Part shown: positions 25,809 to 40,041 of the stretch, piece by piece
How the letters are laid out: each line of letters starts with the position of its first letter
How positions within the stretch are numbered: the first letter of the stretch is position 1
Assembly (NCBI GenBank): GCA_031459875.1
Contig: JAVKHQ010000006.1
Span: 1 to 64,000 of the forward strand
Direction of reading: 5' to 3'
Source of the DNA: Candidatus Fervidifonticultor sextus
Lineage (GTDB): Bacteria; Sysuimicrobiota; Sysuimicrobiia; Sysuimicrobiales; Humicultoraceae
DNA length: 64,000 bases
The notes under the pieces: generated by a model
Seen by the model: only the letters and a program-made list of their open reading frames with translations
What the model was told of the DNA's origin: nothing
Database searches by the model: none
Made by a program: the position numbers and the translations under genes

Positions 25809-27719
25809 ATGGGAAAGGTCGTAGGCATTGACCTGGGGACGACAAACTCGGTGATCGCCGTCGTCATCGGCGGCGAGACGCAGGTCATCCCCAACAGCGA
25901 GGGGAGTCGGCTGACCCCGTCGGTGGTGGGCTTCAGCAAGACAGGGGAGCGGCTGGTGGGCCAGATGGCCAAGCGCCAGGCCATCCTCAACCCGGAGAAC
26001 ACCGTCTACTCCATCAAGCGCTTCATGGGCCGCCGCTACGCCGAGGTGGAGTCTGAGCGCAAGATCGTCCCCTACAAGGTTGAGGAAGGCCAGAACGGCA
26101 TGGCCATCGTCCGGATCCCCGCAGCGGGGAAGACCTTCACGCCCGAGGAGATCTCCGCGATGATCCTCCAGAAACTCAAGACCGACGCGGAGGCCTACCT
26201 GGGCGAGGCGATCACCGAGGCGGTGATCACGGTCCCGGCGTACTTCAACGACGCCCAGCGGACCGCCACCAAGAACGCCGGCGAGATCGCCGGCCTGAAG
26301 GTGTTGCGGATCATCAACGAGCCCACCGCGTCGTGCCTGGCCTACGGCCTGGACAAGAAGGGCGCCGAGACGGTGCTGGTCTTCGACCTGGGCGGCGGGA
26401 CCTTCGACGTCTCGATCCTGGAGATCGGCGAAGGCGTCTTCGAGGTCAAGGCCACCTCCGGCGACACCCACCTGGGCGGCGACGACTGGGACGAGCGCAT
26501 CGTCAACTGGCTGGCCGACGAGTTCCGCAAGCAGCACGGCATTGACCTGCGGCAGGACCGTCAGGCCCTGCAGCGGCTGCGCGAGGCCGCGGAGCGCGCG
26601 AAGGTCGAGCTGTCCACGGTGGTCCAGACGACCATCAACCTGCCCTTCATCACCGCAGACGCCACCGGGCCCAAACACCTGGACTACGTGCTCACACGGG
26701 CCAAGTTCGAGGAGTTGACCGCCGACCTGGTCGAGCGCTGCATCGGGCCGTTCCGCCAGGCGCTGAACGATGCCAAGATGACCGAGAAGGACCTGGACGA
26801 GGTCATCCTGGTGGGCGGGGCGACCCGCATGCCCATGATCCAGGAACTGGTGCGCCGGCTGACCGGCAAGGAGCCCAACCGCGAGGTGCACCCCGATGAG
26901 GTGGTGGCGGTGGGTGCGGCGGTCCAGGCGGGCGTGCTGGCGGGCACGGTCCGCGAGGTCGTGCTGCTGGATGTCACCCCGCTGTCCCTGGGGGTGGAGA
27001 CCCTGGGCGGCGTGATGACGGTGCTGGTGCCGCGCAACACGACGATCCCCACCCGCAAGACCGAGACCTTCACGACTGCGGCCGACGGCCAGACCCAGGT
27101 GGAAGTGCACGTCCTGCAGGGCGAGCGGCCCATGGCACGCGACAACCGCACCCTGGGGCGGTTCATCCTGGACGGGATCCCGCCGGCCCCGCGCGGGGTA
27201 CCGCAGATCGAGGTGACGTTCGACATTGACGCCAACGGCATCCTCAACGTGACCGCCAAGGACAAGGCCACCGGCCGCGAGCAGTCCATCAAGATCACCG
27301 GGACCTCCACCCTCTCCAAGACCGAGGTCGAGCGGATGGTCAAGGAAGCCGAGCAGTATGCGGCCGAGGACCGCAAAAAGCGCGAGGCCGCCGAGACGCG
27401 CAACCGGGGGGACTCGGTCGCCTATCAGGTCGAGAAGCTCCTCAAGGACCACGGCGACAAGATCTCGGCGGAGGAGCGCAGCAAGGTCGAGCAGGCCCTC
27501 AAGGAACTCCGGGAGGCGCTCAAGGGGGACGATCTCGACCGCATCTCTCGGGCAGCCGATGCGGTCCAGCAGGCGTCGTATCGGCTGAGCGGGGCAATGT
27601 ACAAGGCCACCGCCGGCGCGCCGGCCGGGGCGGGCGCGGCCGGACCGGGGGCGGCCCCCGGGGCAGCGGCCAAGCCCGGCGACGACGTGATCGACGCCGA
27701 ATACAAGCCGAGCCAGTAA
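25809..27719 (+). CDS. dnaK: Chaperone DnaK
   Basis: [25 protein letters not shown]. Confidence 0.99.
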   Translation: MGKVVGIDLGTTNSVIAVVIGGETQVIPNSEGSRLTPSVVGFSKTGERLVGQMAKRQAILNPENTVYSIKRFMGRRYAEVESERKIVPYKVEEGQNGMAIVRIPAAGKTFTPEEISAMILQKLKTDAEAYLGEAITEAVITVPAYFNDAQRTATKNAGEIAGLKVLRIINEPTASCLAYGLDKKGAETVLVFDLGGGTFDVSILEIGEGVFEVKATSGDTHLGGDDWDERIVNWLADEFRKQHGIDLRQDRQALQRLREAAERAKVELSTVVQTTINLPFITADATGPKHLDYVLTRAKFEELTADLVERCIGPFRQALNDAKMTEKDLDEVILVGGATRMPMIQELVRRLTGKEPNREVHPDEVVAVGAAVQAGVLAGTVREVVLLDVTPLSLGVETLGGVMTVLVPRNTTIPTRKTETFTTAADGQTQVEVHVLQGERPMARDNRTLGRFILDGIPPAPRGVPQIEVTFDIDANGILNVTAKDKATGREQSIKITGTSTLSKTEVERMVKEAEQYAAEDRKKREAAETRNRGDSVAYQVEKLLKDHGDKISAEERSKVEQALKELREALKGDDLDRISRAADAVQQASYRLSGAMYKATAGAPAGAGAAGPGAAPGAAAKPGDDVIDAEYKPSQ

Positions 27720-27725
27720 GCGACG

Positions 27726-28298
27726 ATGGACCGCGAACGCAGCACCAACGGCGACATCCAGGACGTCCCCGAGCCGCAGGCCGGCGAGGCGGCGACTGGC
27801 GAGGAGGAGACCATCGAGACGCTGCGGGCCGAGGTGGCCCGGCTGTCCGAAGAGGCGGAGCGGAACTGGCAGCAGTTCCTGCGGACCGCTGCGGACCTGG
27901 AGAACTACCGCAAGCAGGCGGCGCGGCAGCGCGACGAGGCGGTGGCCGCGACCCGCCGTGCCATGCTCGGGGTGATCCTCGCCGTGGTGGACACCCTCGA
28001 ACGGGCGCTGGAGCACGCGGGGAATCTGGCCGGCGACGCAGGCGGCGGCGCGCCGGCGGCCGCCATTGTGGACGGCATCCGGCTGGCCCACCGGCAGGTG
28101 CTGGAGACGTTGAGGAGCCTGGGCGTGGAGCCCATGGAGACCGTCGGACAGGCGTTCGACCCGCGGGTACACGAGGCCGTGGAGGCGGTGCCCGCAGGGG
28201 ATGGGACCGAGCCCGGCACGGTCGTCGGGGAGGTCCAGCGGGGGTACATGCTGGGCGGGGACGTGCTGCGGCCGGCGCGCGTGCGGGTGGCGCAGTAG
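27726..28298 (+). CDS. grpE: Nucleotide exchange factor GrpE
   Basis: ADLENYRK, FDPRVHEA, QRGY..VLRPARV. Confidence 0.97.
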   Translation: MDRERSTNGDIQDVPEPQAGEAATGEEETIETLRAEVARLSEEAERNWQQFLRTAADLENYRKQAARQRDEAVAATRRAMLGVILAVVDTLERALEHAGNLAGDAGGGAPAAAIVDGIRLAHRQVLETLRSLGVEPMETVGQAFDPRVHEAVEAVPAGDGTEPGTVVGEVQRGYMLGGDVLRPARVRVAQ

Positions 28299-28301
28299 TC
28301 C

Positions 28302-29240
28302 ATGGAGTTCAAGGACTACTACCGGGTGCTCGGCGTGGATCGGACCGCCGACCAGAAGACGATCAGCCAGGCCTTCCGCCGGCTGGCGCGCGAGTACCAC
28401 CCCGACGTCAACAAGCGCAAGGGGGCGGAGGATCGCTTCAAGGAGATCAACGAGGCCTACCAGGTACTCGGCGACCCCGCCAAACGCGCCCGGTACGACC
28501 AGATCTACGACGCGTACAAGAACGGCGGCGTCCCCTGGCAGGACCTGTTTGGCCGGGTCGCCGGCGCCCCCGGCTGGGGCAGCCCGGGCGGCGTGACCTT
28601 CCGCGTCGGGAGCGCGGACGACCTGGAGGACCTGTTCGGCCCCGGCGGGGGCGGTGGGTTCTCGGACTTCTTCCAGCAGCTCTTCGGGGGATGGGGCGAG
28701 TTCGGCCGCGCGGCGACCGCGACCCGGGCGCGGCCGCGCGTCGACGCCACGGTGGAGATCACGCTGGAGGAGGCGTTCCGCGGGACGCGGCGGTCGGTCC
28801 AGTTGCCCTCAGGGCAGCGGCTTGACGTCGAGATCCCCCGCGGGATCCGCGCCGGGCAGACCCTGCGCCTGGCCGGCGCCGCCGGCGGAGGGGACGTCTA
28901 CCTGACGGTGAACGTGGCGCCCCACCGGCTCTTCGAGCGGACCGACGACGACCTGACCGTCGAGGTGCCGGTCACGGTGAGCGAGGCGGCGCTGGGCGCC
29001 GAGGTCGAGGTGCCGACCCTGGAGGACAGGGTCAGGGTGGTGATCCCGGCGGGGACGCAGTCCGGCCAGCGCCTGCGTCTTAGGGGACTGGGCATGCCGC
29101 ACGCGAGGGGTGACGGCCGGGGCGATCTGTACGTCCGCGTGAGGGTCACGACACCCACGCGGCTGACCAGGCGCGAACGCGAACTGCTGGAAGAACTGCA
29201 GCGGCTGCGCCGCGAGAATCCGCGGGCCCACCTGGGGTAG
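28302..29240 (+). CDS. dnaJ: Class II J-domain chaperone (DnaJ/CbpA-like, no zinc finger)
   Basis: HPD J-domain, G/F region, C-terminal domain, no CxxCxGxG repeats. Confidence 0.9.
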   Translation: MEFKDYYRVLGVDRTADQKTISQAFRRLAREYHPDVNKRKGAEDRFKEINEAYQVLGDPAKRARYDQIYDAYKNGGVPWQDLFGRVAGAPGWGSPGGVTFRVGSADDLEDLFGPGGGGGFSDFFQQLFGGWGEFGRAATATRARPRVDATVEITLEEAFRGTRRSVQLPSGQRLDVEIPRGIRAGQTLRLAGAAGGGDVYLTVNVAPHRLFERTDDDLTVEVPVTVSEAALGAEVEVPTLEDRVRVVIPAGTQSGQRLRLRGLGMPHARGDGRGDLYVRVRVTTPTRLTRRERELLEELQRLRRENPRAHLG

Positions 29241-29269
29241 GACACTGACGTCGGGGGAGCACAGCGATC

Positions 29270-31897
<2,628 letters not shown>

Positions 31898-32049
31898 CCG
31901 ATCGCGGCGCACCGGGCGGTTGGGAACGCGTACGCTCGGGCGATCCGGCTTCTGCTCTTTCCCAACGTGGATTCCTCGTCAGCGACCCAGTGGTGGTGCG
32001 CGTTGCCGAGGCGCGGCACGGTGAGCGCCCGCTGCGGTCTCACGCTATA

Positions 32050-33588
32050 ATGAGGCCGCACGGGCGGCTGGACGGGAGGTGGGTTGAGATCCTCGAGGTC
32101 ATCGTGTTCACGAGCGGCGGGGTGCTGCTGGCGCTGGAGATCATCGCTAGCCGCGTGCTGGCCCCCTACTTCGGCAACTCTATCTACGTCTGGGGCAGCC
32201 TGATCGGCGTCTTCCTGACAGCGCTGTCCATCGGGTACGCGGTGGGCGGGCGGCTGGCCGACCGGTTCCCCTCCCCGGGGCTGTTCGCCGGGATCGTCTT
32301 TGCGGGCGGACTGCTCACCGTGCCGATCCCGCTGCTGGCCACGCCGGTGCTGGATGCCATCGCGCGGGCCGATTTCGGCCCGCAGCTCAACCCGCTGCTG
32401 GGGGCCGTGGCGCTGTTCGTCGTCCCCAGCATCGTCATGGGGATGGTCTCCCCGTTTGCCGTCCGCCTTCGGGCCCGCGCGGTGGGGACCATGGGGCAGA
32501 CCGCCGGCAACCTGTACGCCATCAGCACGGTGGGGTCCATCGTCGGGACGCTGGCGGCCTCGTTTGTCCTCATCAACCTCATGGGCGTGCGGGCCATCAT
32601 CACGCTGGCGGGGTTCGTGCTCATGGTCATGGCGGTGCTGGGGTGGGTGGCCTCCCGCCGCCTCGCCGCCGCCGCGGTCGGGGCGTGCCTGGCGGTGCTG
32701 CTCGCTGCGGGCGTGACGAGGGCCCAGCCGGCGGAGTCCCCGACGCTCGTCTACGCCCGCGACACGGTCTACCACCGCATCACCGTGTCCGATGAGGGCG
32801 CGGTCCGCTACCTCAAACTGGACAACTACTGGCAGAGCGCGCTGGACCTCCAGCAGCCGCGGCGCACGGTCTTCGCGTACGCCGACTACATGCACCTGCC
32901 CCTGCTCTTTGTCCCCCGGCCAATGCACGCGCTGTTGGTGGGGTTGGGCGGCGGCACGGTCCCGGCCCGCTACGTGGCGGACTACCCCACCGTGACCATG
33001 GACGTGGCGGAGATCGACCCCGAGGTCGTCGTCGTCGCCGGGCAGTTCTTCGGGATCAGGCAGGACGACCGGTTGCGGATTGCGGCCCGCGACGGCCGCC
33101 TGCATCTGCGGATGGCCGAGCGCGCCTTCGACATCATCCTGACCGACGCGTACCTGATCGACACGATCCCCTTTCACCTGGCCACCCGGGAGTTCTTCGC
33201 GCTGGTCCGGGCGAAACTCGCGCCGGGAGGGGTGCTGGCGTCCAACATCATCGGCGCGCTCGACGGACCGGACAGCCGGCTGTTCCGGGCGATCTACAGG
33301 ACCATCCGCGAGGTCTTCCCCACCGTCTACGTCTTCCCCGTGGACTTCGGCCAGTACGGCTCGCCGACGTCTTTGCGCAACATCATCGTGGTCGCCACCG
33401 ACGCTCCGGCGCTGTCTGCCCAGGAGATCACGGCCCGGGCGCAGGCGCTGCTGCGCGCGCGGGTGGTGACGGTGGATCGCTTCGCGTCCGCCGCCGCCGA
33501 CCTGTACCGGCGGCCGATCAGAACCGACGACGTGCCCATCCTCACCGACGACTTTGCCCCGGTGGATGCCCTGATCCCGACTCGGTGA
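32050..33588 (+). CDS. Fused membrane/spermidine synthase-like protein (start uncertain)
   Basis: LEIIASRVLAPYFG membrane domain; VGLGGG, EIDP, DGR, LTDDFAP methyltransferase-fold motifs. Confidence 0.85.
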   Translation: MRPHGRLDGRWVEILEVIVFTSGGVLLALEIIASRVLAPYFGNSIYVWGSLIGVFLTALSIGYAVGGRLADRFPSPGLFAGIVFAGGLLTVPIPLLATPVLDAIARADFGPQLNPLLGAVALFVVPSIVMGMVSPFAVRLRARAVGTMGQTAGNLYAISTVGSIVGTLAASFVLINLMGVRAIITLAGFVLMVMAVLGWVASRRLAAAAVGACLAVLLAAGVTRAQPAESPTLVYARDTVYHRITVSDEGAVRYLKLDNYWQSALDLQQPRRTVFAYADYMHLPLLFVPRPMHALLVGLGGGTVPARYVADYPTVTMDVAEIDPEVVVVAGQFFGIRQDDRLRIAARDGRLHLRMAERAFDIILTDAYLIDTIPFHLATREFFALVRAKLAPGGVLASNIIGALDGPDSRLFRAIYRTIREVFPTVYVFPVDFGQYGSPTSLRNIIVVATDAPALSAQEITARAQALLRARVVTVDRFASAAADLYRRPIRTDDVPILTDDFAPVDALIPTR

Positions 33589-33655
33589 CCTGTCAGTTGG
33601 GCACAACCATCAGTGAGCGACAGACCCTGGTGGCCGGACAGGAGGCTTTGGCACC

Positions 33656-33898
33656 ATGCCGGTGCTGAAGATCGTCCTGGGGGATGTCGTCCGCATGCGC
33701 AAGACCCATCCCTGCGGGAACGACCAGTGGGAGGTCGTGCGCCTGGGCGCCGACATCGGGATCCGGTGCCTGAAGTGCGGTCGTCGCGTGCTGATGCCCC
33801 GCGCGAAGTTCGAACGGAGGATCCGGAGGTTCATCCGCCGCGGTCCCGACGCCGGGGATGCCGTGCCGGAAGCTCCCGCGCCTGACTCCACCGCGTGA
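33656..33898 (+). CDS. DUF951 family protein
   Basis: [29 protein letters not shown]; usual ychF neighbour. Confidence 0.88.
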   Translation: MPVLKIVLGDVVRMRKTHPCGNDQWEVVRLGADIGIRCLKCGRRVLMPRAKFERRIRRFIRRGPDAGDAVPEAPAPDSTA

Positions 33899-36800
33899 GG
33901 GCCCCGGGCAGCGAGCAGGGGGAGCGTGTGAGGCGTCGGTTCTGGGAGCGGTTGGCGCGGGATCCAGCCGTCTCCCAGTGGGCAACCATCGCCATCTCCT
34001 CGGGCCTGCTGGTGACCGCGCTGACGGTCTCGGCCTGGCCGCCCTTCCTCCTCGCCGGTCTCCTCTGTCTGGCCGCGACCGTCGCCGCCGCGGTGTCCCT
34101 GCCGCAGGCCCCGGCGGGGGATCACACCGTCCTTTCGGCCGTGGTCGGCGCCGGCCTCAGTGTCGCCGGGGCGCCGGCGACAGCCCTCGCTGCGGCCACC
34201 GGCGCACTGGTGGGCGGATTCCTGCACCGCCGGCCGGCTGCGCGGGTGGGACAGCGGGCCGGGCACTACGTGCTCGCGGCGCTGGCGGCGGGGATCGCCG
34301 GGCAGGCCGCGACACCCGGCCCGGCACCCTGGTACGCCCCGCTCCTCGGCGGTGCGTTTGACGCGCCTCACGGTCTGGCGCTGCTTGCCGCCGCCGTGGT
34401 CTACGTGGCGGCCATGGAACTGCTGTCGGGCTGGCGAGCGATTTTGGGCCTGCGCGCTCCGTTTCTGGGCGGGGTCGGCGCGGCGATTGCGTTCGACACG
34501 ACGACCACGGTCGTCCTGTTCGGCATCGGGGCGCTGGTCGGGCTGGTCGCCACGTCCGGGCTCCCCTCCGTCGCGCTGTTCGCTCTGGTTCCCATGGGAG
34601 CGATCGAGTGGGCTGCCCTGGTCTACGTGCGGCACCGGGCCGTGGCCGCCGAGGCGGAAACCCTGCAGGCGGCCGCGGCCGAACTGAGCCGGAGCGCGTC
34701 AGAGGTCGAGGTCCTCCAGGTCGTGGCTGCGGCCATAGACCGGCATGTGCCGGCGGACCTCTTCGTCGTCTGCCTCAGGCTGCCCGGCGACAGGGAGCCG
34801 CGGGTGGTTCACTACCGCGGCCCTGGTGGGGAGGAGGTCATCCGGCAGGTCGGGCTCGAACACCTTGTGGCCCAGGCGGTGCGCGCCGGACGACCCATCC
34901 GGATCGATGACTACGACCGCCACCCTCAGCGCACCCCGCGCCTGGACGTCCTCTTCGGCCGGGGGGCGATCCGGTCGGTGCTGATCGTCCCCCTCCTCGC
35001 CGGCACGGAGGTCTCGGGCGCGGTGCTGCTGGCGCGTGGCTCCCCGGCACCCTTCTCCGCCCGAAGCGAGCGGTTTGCAACCACGATCGCCGACCAGGCC
35101 GGTATGGCGCTGCGCACGGTGTACCTGGCGGAGCACGCCCGGCGCCAGACGGACCGTCTGACCGCCCTCCAGCACGCCGGTCTGCTGGCCGGCGTCGGTC
35201 TGGATCCCGCCGAGGTGTGCCAGACCCTCGTCGAGCGGGTGGTTGAGGTCACGGCCGCCCGGTATGGGTACCTGGCGCTGCTCGATTCCCACAGCCGCGA
35301 CCTGAGCGTGGAGGCCGCCTCTGGAGTCGATCGCGAGGCTTTCGCACACCTGCGGGCCCGCCTCGACGGCGAGGTCACCGCGCTGCACGAGGCCGTCCGG
35401 GCGCTGCGGCAGCGGCGCACGATCGTCTGTGACGAGGCCCAGATCGGGGCCAGTCCCTGCCCCGTGATCCGCGCGCTGCGGGACGCCCGAGGTGCACTGG
35501 CGACGCCGCTGGTCCGCCAGGGCCGACCGGTGGGCGCCGTGGTCGTGGTCCGGACCGACCCGCGGCCGTTTGGTGACGCCGATGCGACGGTCCTGGAGGC
35601 CATGGCCGCGCAGGGGATCATGCTGCTCGAGCGCGCGCGGACGCAGGTGGCCCTCGAGGCCCGGCTGCGCCACCTCGAGGCGGCGGTGGCCCTCTCCCGA
35701 CGGCTGGGGACCGCCACCGACCTGCGCACCGCCTTCACCCTGATCGCCGACGGTGTCCGCACCATCCTGGGCATTGACCGCTGCCTGCTGCTGGTCTGGG
35801 AGGGTCGGGACGGCGCACCGGAGATCCTGACGGCGGGGCTCTCCGACGAGTTCGCGGCGGCGGTCCGGGTGCAGTTTCCGACTGTCGGCCGCTACCTGGT
35901 GCAGGCCGCTCACCCCATCGTCGTCCACAGTTTCGCGACCGATCTCAGGATGGCACCGCTGCGCGAGGCGGTGGTGAGGGAGCGGCTGCGGTCGGGGATC
36001 CTCTTCCCGATGCGGTCTCAGGGCGAGTCCGTGGGAGCCCTCCTCCTGCTGGATCCTGATGTCGGGGAGCGAACCGACGAGGATCTGCGCCTGGCCGGGG
36101 CCTTCGTCGACCAGGCCGCGCTGACGGTGAGGACTGTGGTCCTGCAGGCGCGCGCCGACCGCCGCCGACAGGAACTGGCCCTGCTCCAGCACATCGTCGG
36201 TGTGGCGGGCGGTTCCCTGGAACTCGCGGCGGTCTACCGGACCACGGCGGCGGAACTGGCCGAAGCGTTTGGAATCCCCCGGGTCTGCATCTACCGCCTG
36301 GAGGGAACCTGGCTGCGTCTGGCCGCACAGGTGGGGGCCCCGGACGCGCCCAGGGAACTCCCCGAGACCGCGGGGATCATGGGCCGCGCGGCCCGCGCGG
36401 CCCGGCCCGAGTTCGTGCCCAACGTCCGCGACGACCCCGACTACATCGCCAGCAGCTTCGACGTGACCTCGGCGGCCGCCGTGCCCATCCTGTATGAGGG
36501 CACGGCTACTGCCGTGCTCAAGGTCGAAGGGACCGCCTCCCGTCCCATCACCCCGCAGATCGTGGAATTCCTGGGTGAACTCGCCCCGCAGTTGGGGGGC
36601 ATTGTGCGCAACGCGATGTTCTACGAAGAACAGCGTCGGGGCCACGACGAGTTGCAGGTCCTCTACGAGGCGGCCAGGGCCACCAGCGGGACCCTGGACC
36701 TCCACACCGTGCTGGACAGCCTCATCGCGGTCACCTGCCGCGCGTTCGGATACGAGACCGGGACCGTGTGCTTGATCGACCCCGACAGCGGCGACCTCGT

Positions 36801-37632
36801 GGTGGAGGCGGTCTACGGCTATCCGGAGCCCGTCACGGGCAGGCGCCTGCCGGCCGGCGTCGGGATCGTCGGCTGGGTGGCGCGGATGGGGACGCCCCTG
36901 GTCGTGGACGACGTTCTCAGCGACGCCCGCTACGTCAGGCGGGACGAGCGGACCCGTTCGGAACTTGCCGTGCCGCTCATCGCCGAGGGCAAAGTGCTCG
37001 GGGTCATCAACGTGGAGAGCACCCGCCTGGCCGCCTTCGGCCAGCGCGACCTGCGGCTGCTGACCACGCTGGCCTCGTATGCGGTCATGGCCATCCAGAA
37101 CGCGCGGCTGTACGAACAGGCCAGCCGTCTGGCGATTACCGACGGGCTGACCGAACTGTACAACCACCGGTACCTCCACGATACGCTGGAGCGCATCGTG
37201 GAGCGCGCGCGCCGCGAGGGCCAGCCCATCGGGCTGATCATGCTGGAGATCGACCACTTCAAGCGGTACAACGACACCTACGGCCACCGCAGCGGAGACG
37301 AGGCGCTGCGCACCGTGGCGGCCCTGCTGCGGCGCGGCAGCCGCCCGTCGGACATCGTGGCGCGGTACGGCGGCGACGAGTTCATGGTGATCCTCCCCGG
37401 AGCCGGGAAAGCCGCGGTGCAGGAAACCGCGGAACGCCTGCGCCGCGCCGTGGAGGCCTACCCGTTGGTCCTCGCCAACGGGACGATCACCACCGTGACC
37501 CTCAGCGTGGGGGTGGCGGCCTATCCCCAGGACGGCCAGACCGTCGACGCCCTGGTGGAGGCGGTCGACCGCGCCCAGTACCTCGCCAAGCGCTCGGGAG
37601 GGAACAAGGTCCACGTCGCCCACGCGCCGTAG
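33895..37632 (+). CDS. Membrane-anchored multi-GAF diguanylate cyclase
   Basis: N-terminal TM helices, several GAF repeats, [15 protein letters not shown]. Confidence 0.9.
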   Translation: MRAPGSEQGERVRRRFWERLARDPAVSQWATIAISSGLLVTALTVSAWPPFLLAGLLCLAATVAAAVSLPQAPAGDHTVLSAVVGAGLSVAGAPATALAAATGALVGGFLHRRPAARVGQRAGHYVLAALAAGIAGQAATPGPAPWYAPLLGGAFDAPHGLALLAAAVVYVAAMELLSGWRAILGLRAPFLGGVGAAIAFDTTTTVVLFGIGALVGLVATSGLPSVALFALVPMGAIEWAALVYVRHRAVAAEAETLQAAAAELSRSASEVEVLQVVAAAIDRHVPADLFVVCLRLPGDREPRVVHYRGPGGEEVIRQVGLEHLVAQAVRAGRPIRIDDYDRHPQRTPRLDVLFGRGAIRSVLIVPLLAGTEVSGAVLLARGSPAPFSARSERFATTIADQAGMALRTVYLAEHARRQTDRLTALQHAGLLAGVGLDPAEVCQTLVERVVEVTAARYGYLALLDSHSRDLSVEAASGVDREAFAHLRARLDGEVTALHEAVRALRQRRTIVCDEAQIGASPCPVIRALRDARGALATPLVRQGRPVGAVVVVRTDPRPFGDADATVLEAMAAQGIMLLERARTQVALEARLRHLEAAVALSRRLGTATDLRTAFTLIADGVRTILGIDRCLLLVWEGRDGAPEILTAGLSDEFAAAVRVQFPTVGRYLVQAAHPIVVHSFATDLRMAPLREAVVRERLRSGILFPMRSQGESVGALLLLDPDVGERTDEDLRLAGAFVDQAALTVRTVVLQARADRRRQELALLQHIVGVAGGSLELAAVYRTTAAELAEAFGIPRVCIYRLEGTWLRLAAQVGAPDAPRELPETAGIMGRAARAARPEFVPNVRDDPDYIASSFDVTSAAAVPILYEGTATAVLKVEGTASRPITPQIVEFLGELAPQLGGIVRNAMFYEEQRRGHDELQVLYEAARATSGTLDLHTVLDSLIAVTCRAFGYETGTVCLIDPDSGDLVVEAVYGYPEPVTGRRLPAGVGIVGWVARMGTPLVVDDVLSDARYVRRDERTRSELAVPLIAEGKVLGVINVESTRLAAFGQRDLRLLTTLASYAVMAIQNARLYEQASRLAITDGLTELYNHRYLHDTLERIVERARREGQPIGLIMLEIDHFKRYNDTYGHRSGDEALRTVAALLRRGSRPSDIVARYGGDEFMVILPGAGKAAVQETAERLRRAVEAYPLVLANGTITTVTLSVGVAAYPQDGQTVDALVEAVDRAQYLAKRSGGNKVHVAHAP

Positions 37633-37644
37633 GGAGGCGGTGGG

Positions 37645-38739
37645 ATGAGTCTCGCCCTGGGCCTGGTCGGCCTGCCCAACGCCGGGAAGTCCACGCTCTT
37701 CAACGCGCTGACCCGCGCCGGAGCCGCCGTGGCGTCGTATCCGTTCACGACCATCGACCCCAACCTCGGGCAGGTGGCCGTGCCCGACGGGCGCCTCGAC
37801 GCCCTGGCCCGGACGCTTGAGCCCTCCCGCGTCGTCCCCGCCACGATCACGTTCATCGACATCGCCGGGCTGGTCCGCGGCGCGTCGAAGGGCGAGGGGT
37901 TGGGCAACCGGTTCCTGGCCCACATCCGCGAGGTGGACGCCGTCGTGCACGTCGTCCGCTGCTTTGCCAGCGCCGAGGTGGCGCTGGTTGAGGGCGACCT
38001 CAATCCCGTGCGCGATGCCGAGATCGTGGAGACCGAACTGGCGCTGGCCGACCTGGAGACCGTCGAGCGCGCCCGCGCCGCGGCGGCGGGTCGGGCCAAG
38101 GGCGGTGATCCGCACGCCCGCGAGCAGGCCGCCGCACTCCAGCGCGTGGCGGACGGCCTAGCCCAGGGCATTCCACTCCGCCGGCAGACGGTGCCCGAGG
38201 CCGCCCGCGATCTCGTCCGCAGCCTGCGGCTGTTGACCGCGAAGCCGGTGGTCTACGTGGCCAACATCGACGAGCGCGATCTGCCCGATGGCGGTCCGCT
38301 GGCTGCGGGCCTGCGGGCCCTGGCCGACCGGCAGGGCGCCGGGTTCGTGGCGCTGGACGCACGCCTGGAGGTCGAACTCGGCGACCTGCCGCCCGAGGAG
38401 GCGCGGGAGTATCTGGCCGCGGTCGGCCTGCGGGAGCCGGTCCTGCCGCGTCTGATCCGCATGAGCTTCCAGGTCCTCGGCCTGGTGAGTTTCTTCACCG
38501 TGCTCTCGGACGAGGTGCGCGCCTGGCCGGTCCGTCGCGGTACCCCGGCGTTCGAGGCGGCCGGAAAGATCCACACCGACATGCAGCGGGGGTTCATCCG
38601 CGCCGAGGTGATCCCGTGGGATGTCCTGGTGTCCTACGGGAGCCTGCAGGTGGCCCGGGATCACGGCGCGGTCCGCACGGAGGGCCGGGACTATCCGGTG
38701 GCCGACGGGGACGTGATTACCTTCCGGTTTGCGGCGTAG
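37645..38739 (+). CDS. ychF: Obg-family ATPase YchF
   Basis: GLPNAGKST, YPFTTIDPN, DIAGLV, AAGKIHTD, TGS domain. Confidence 0.97.
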   Translation: MSLALGLVGLPNAGKSTLFNALTRAGAAVASYPFTTIDPNLGQVAVPDGRLDALARTLEPSRVVPATITFIDIAGLVRGASKGEGLGNRFLAHIREVDAVVHVVRCFASAEVALVEGDLNPVRDAEIVETELALADLETVERARAAAAGRAKGGDPHAREQAAALQRVADGLAQGIPLRRQTVPEAARDLVRSLRLLTAKPVVYVANIDERDLPDGGPLAAGLRALADRQGAGFVALDARLEVELGDLPPEEAREYLAAVGLREPVLPRLIRMSFQVLGLVSFFTVLSDEVRAWPVRRGTPAFEAAGKIHTDMQRGFIRAEVIPWDVLVSYGSLQVARDHGAVRTEGRDYPVADGDVITFRFAA

Positions 38740-38792
38740 CGCCCTCCTACCCGGCTTCTGCGCGTCGCGTCCTGTGGGCGTCACCCCCGCAC

Positions 38793-38821
38793 TTGTGCCA
38801 CCCCCCGACCGATGATACAAT
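38793..38821 (+). promoter_or_regulatory. Sigma-70 promoter of the rpsF operon
   Basis: TTGTGC-17-TACAAT with extended TG. Confidence 0.65.
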
Positions 38822-38860
38822 TGGCGTCGCTTGCAGAGCGCGCGGATGTGGCCGCGCGTT

Positions 38861-38952
38861 CCTCCTGCCCTCCACCGGTGCCTGCCGGGCTGGAGGGCCG
38901 CGGGCGGTACGCCCCCCAGGTTGCGGGGTCTGGCCTGGGAGTCCACAGGAGG
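38861..38952 (+). ncRNA. S6:S18 ribosomal leader (cis-regulatory RNA)
   Basis: CCTCCTG pairs with the RBS CAGGAGG; inner GCCCTCCA/TGGAGGGC stem followed by CCG; directly upstream of rpsF. Confidence 0.6.
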
Positions 38953-38962
38953 AGGGACCGCA

Positions 38963-39370
38963 TTGCGGAGCTACGATCTGGTCTATATTGTCCGGCCCGA
39001 CCTCGATGCCGAGGCGACCGGCGCGGTCGTCGAGCGGGTCACCCAGCGCCTGGTCGACCTGGGAGCCGTCATCGAGCACACGGAGGCCAGGGGCAAGCAG
39101 CGGATGGCCTATCAGATTCAGCGGTACCGGGAGGGGTATTACGTGTTCACCCGGTTTTCGGTATCGGGTGACCGCATCCCGGCGATCCGTCACGCCTTGA
39201 AGGTCATCGAAGATGTGCTGCGTGCCTCGATCACCGTCGCCGTCGGGCCCATCGCGCCCCCGAAGCCGGCCCATCCCGCTCCGGCTGCCGCCGCGGCCGA
39301 ACCCAGCACCCCGCCGGCCATCCATCCGTCCCGGCCCGCTCCAGCACAGGCCGAGACGTCACAGGCGTAG
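38963..39370 (+). CDS. rpsF: 30S ribosomal protein S6 with Pro/Ala-rich tail
   Basis: TTG start, YDLVYIVRPDL, GKQRMAYQI, EGYY. Confidence 0.93.
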   Translation: MRSYDLVYIVRPDLDAEATGAVVERVTQRLVDLGAVIEHTEARGKQRMAYQIQRYREGYYVFTRFSVSGDRIPAIRHALKVIEDVLRASITVAVGPIAPPKPAHPAPAAAAAEPSTPPAIHPSRPAPAQAETSQA

Positions 39371-39393
39371 CACCGCCCAGGGGAGGGAGTCTT

Positions 39394-39786
39394 GTGTACA
39401 ACCGGATCATCCTGATCGGCCGGCTCACCCGCGACCCGGAGCTGCGGTACGTGCCCAGCGGACAGCCCGTGGCCTCGTTCACCCTCGCGGTGGACCGTCC
39501 GTTCACCAACCAGCAGGGCGAGCGGGACACCGATTTCATCGATGTAGTGGCCTGGCGGAAACTGGCCGAGCAGGTCAGCCAGCACCTGGTCAAAGGCCGG
39601 CTGGTGGCCGTTGAGGGCCGCCTGCAGATCCGCTCGTACGAGACCCAGGACGGCCAGAAGCGCAAGGTGGCCGAGGTGGTGGCCGACGGCGTCCGGTTCC
39701 TCGACCGGAAGGCCGCCGGAGTCCCCGCCGCAGCCGCCCAGAACGAGGAGTTTGCAGAAGAGGCCGAGCAGGACGTCCCATTCTAG
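39394..39786 (+). CDS. ssb: Single-stranded DNA-binding protein
   Basis: NRIILIGRLTRDPELR, C-terminal DVPF. Confidence 0.97.
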   Translation: MYNRIILIGRLTRDPELRYVPSGQPVASFTLAVDRPFTNQQGERDTDFIDVVAWRKLAEQVSQHLVKGRLVAVEGRLQIRSYETQDGQKRKVAEVVADGVRFLDRKAAGVPAAAAQNEEFAEEAEQDVPF

Positions 39787-39795
39787 GAGGACCGC

Positions 39796-40041
39796 ATGGT
39801 CGAGACCACCAAGAAGCAGTGGCGCGGGCGCCGGCCCAAGCGGAAGAACTGCATCTTCTGTGTCGAGAAGGCCGAAGCGATCGATTTCAAGGACGCACTG
39901 CGCATCCGGCGCTTCGTGACGGACCGCGGGAAGATCCTCCCGCGGCGTGTGTCGGGCACCTGTGCCAGGCACCAGCGCATGCTGGCGGTGGCCATCAAGC
40001 GCGCCCGGGAACTGGCCCTGCTCCCGTACACCGGGGAATAG
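39796..40041 (+). CDS. rpsR: 30S ribosomal protein S18 (Zn-binding C+ type)
   Basis: CIFC, IDFKD, GKILPRR, CARHQR, AIKRAR. Confidence 0.97.
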   Translation: MVETTKKQWRGRRPKRKNCIFCVEKAEAIDFKDALRIRRFVTDRGKILPRRVSGTCARHQRMLAVAIKRARELALLPYTGE

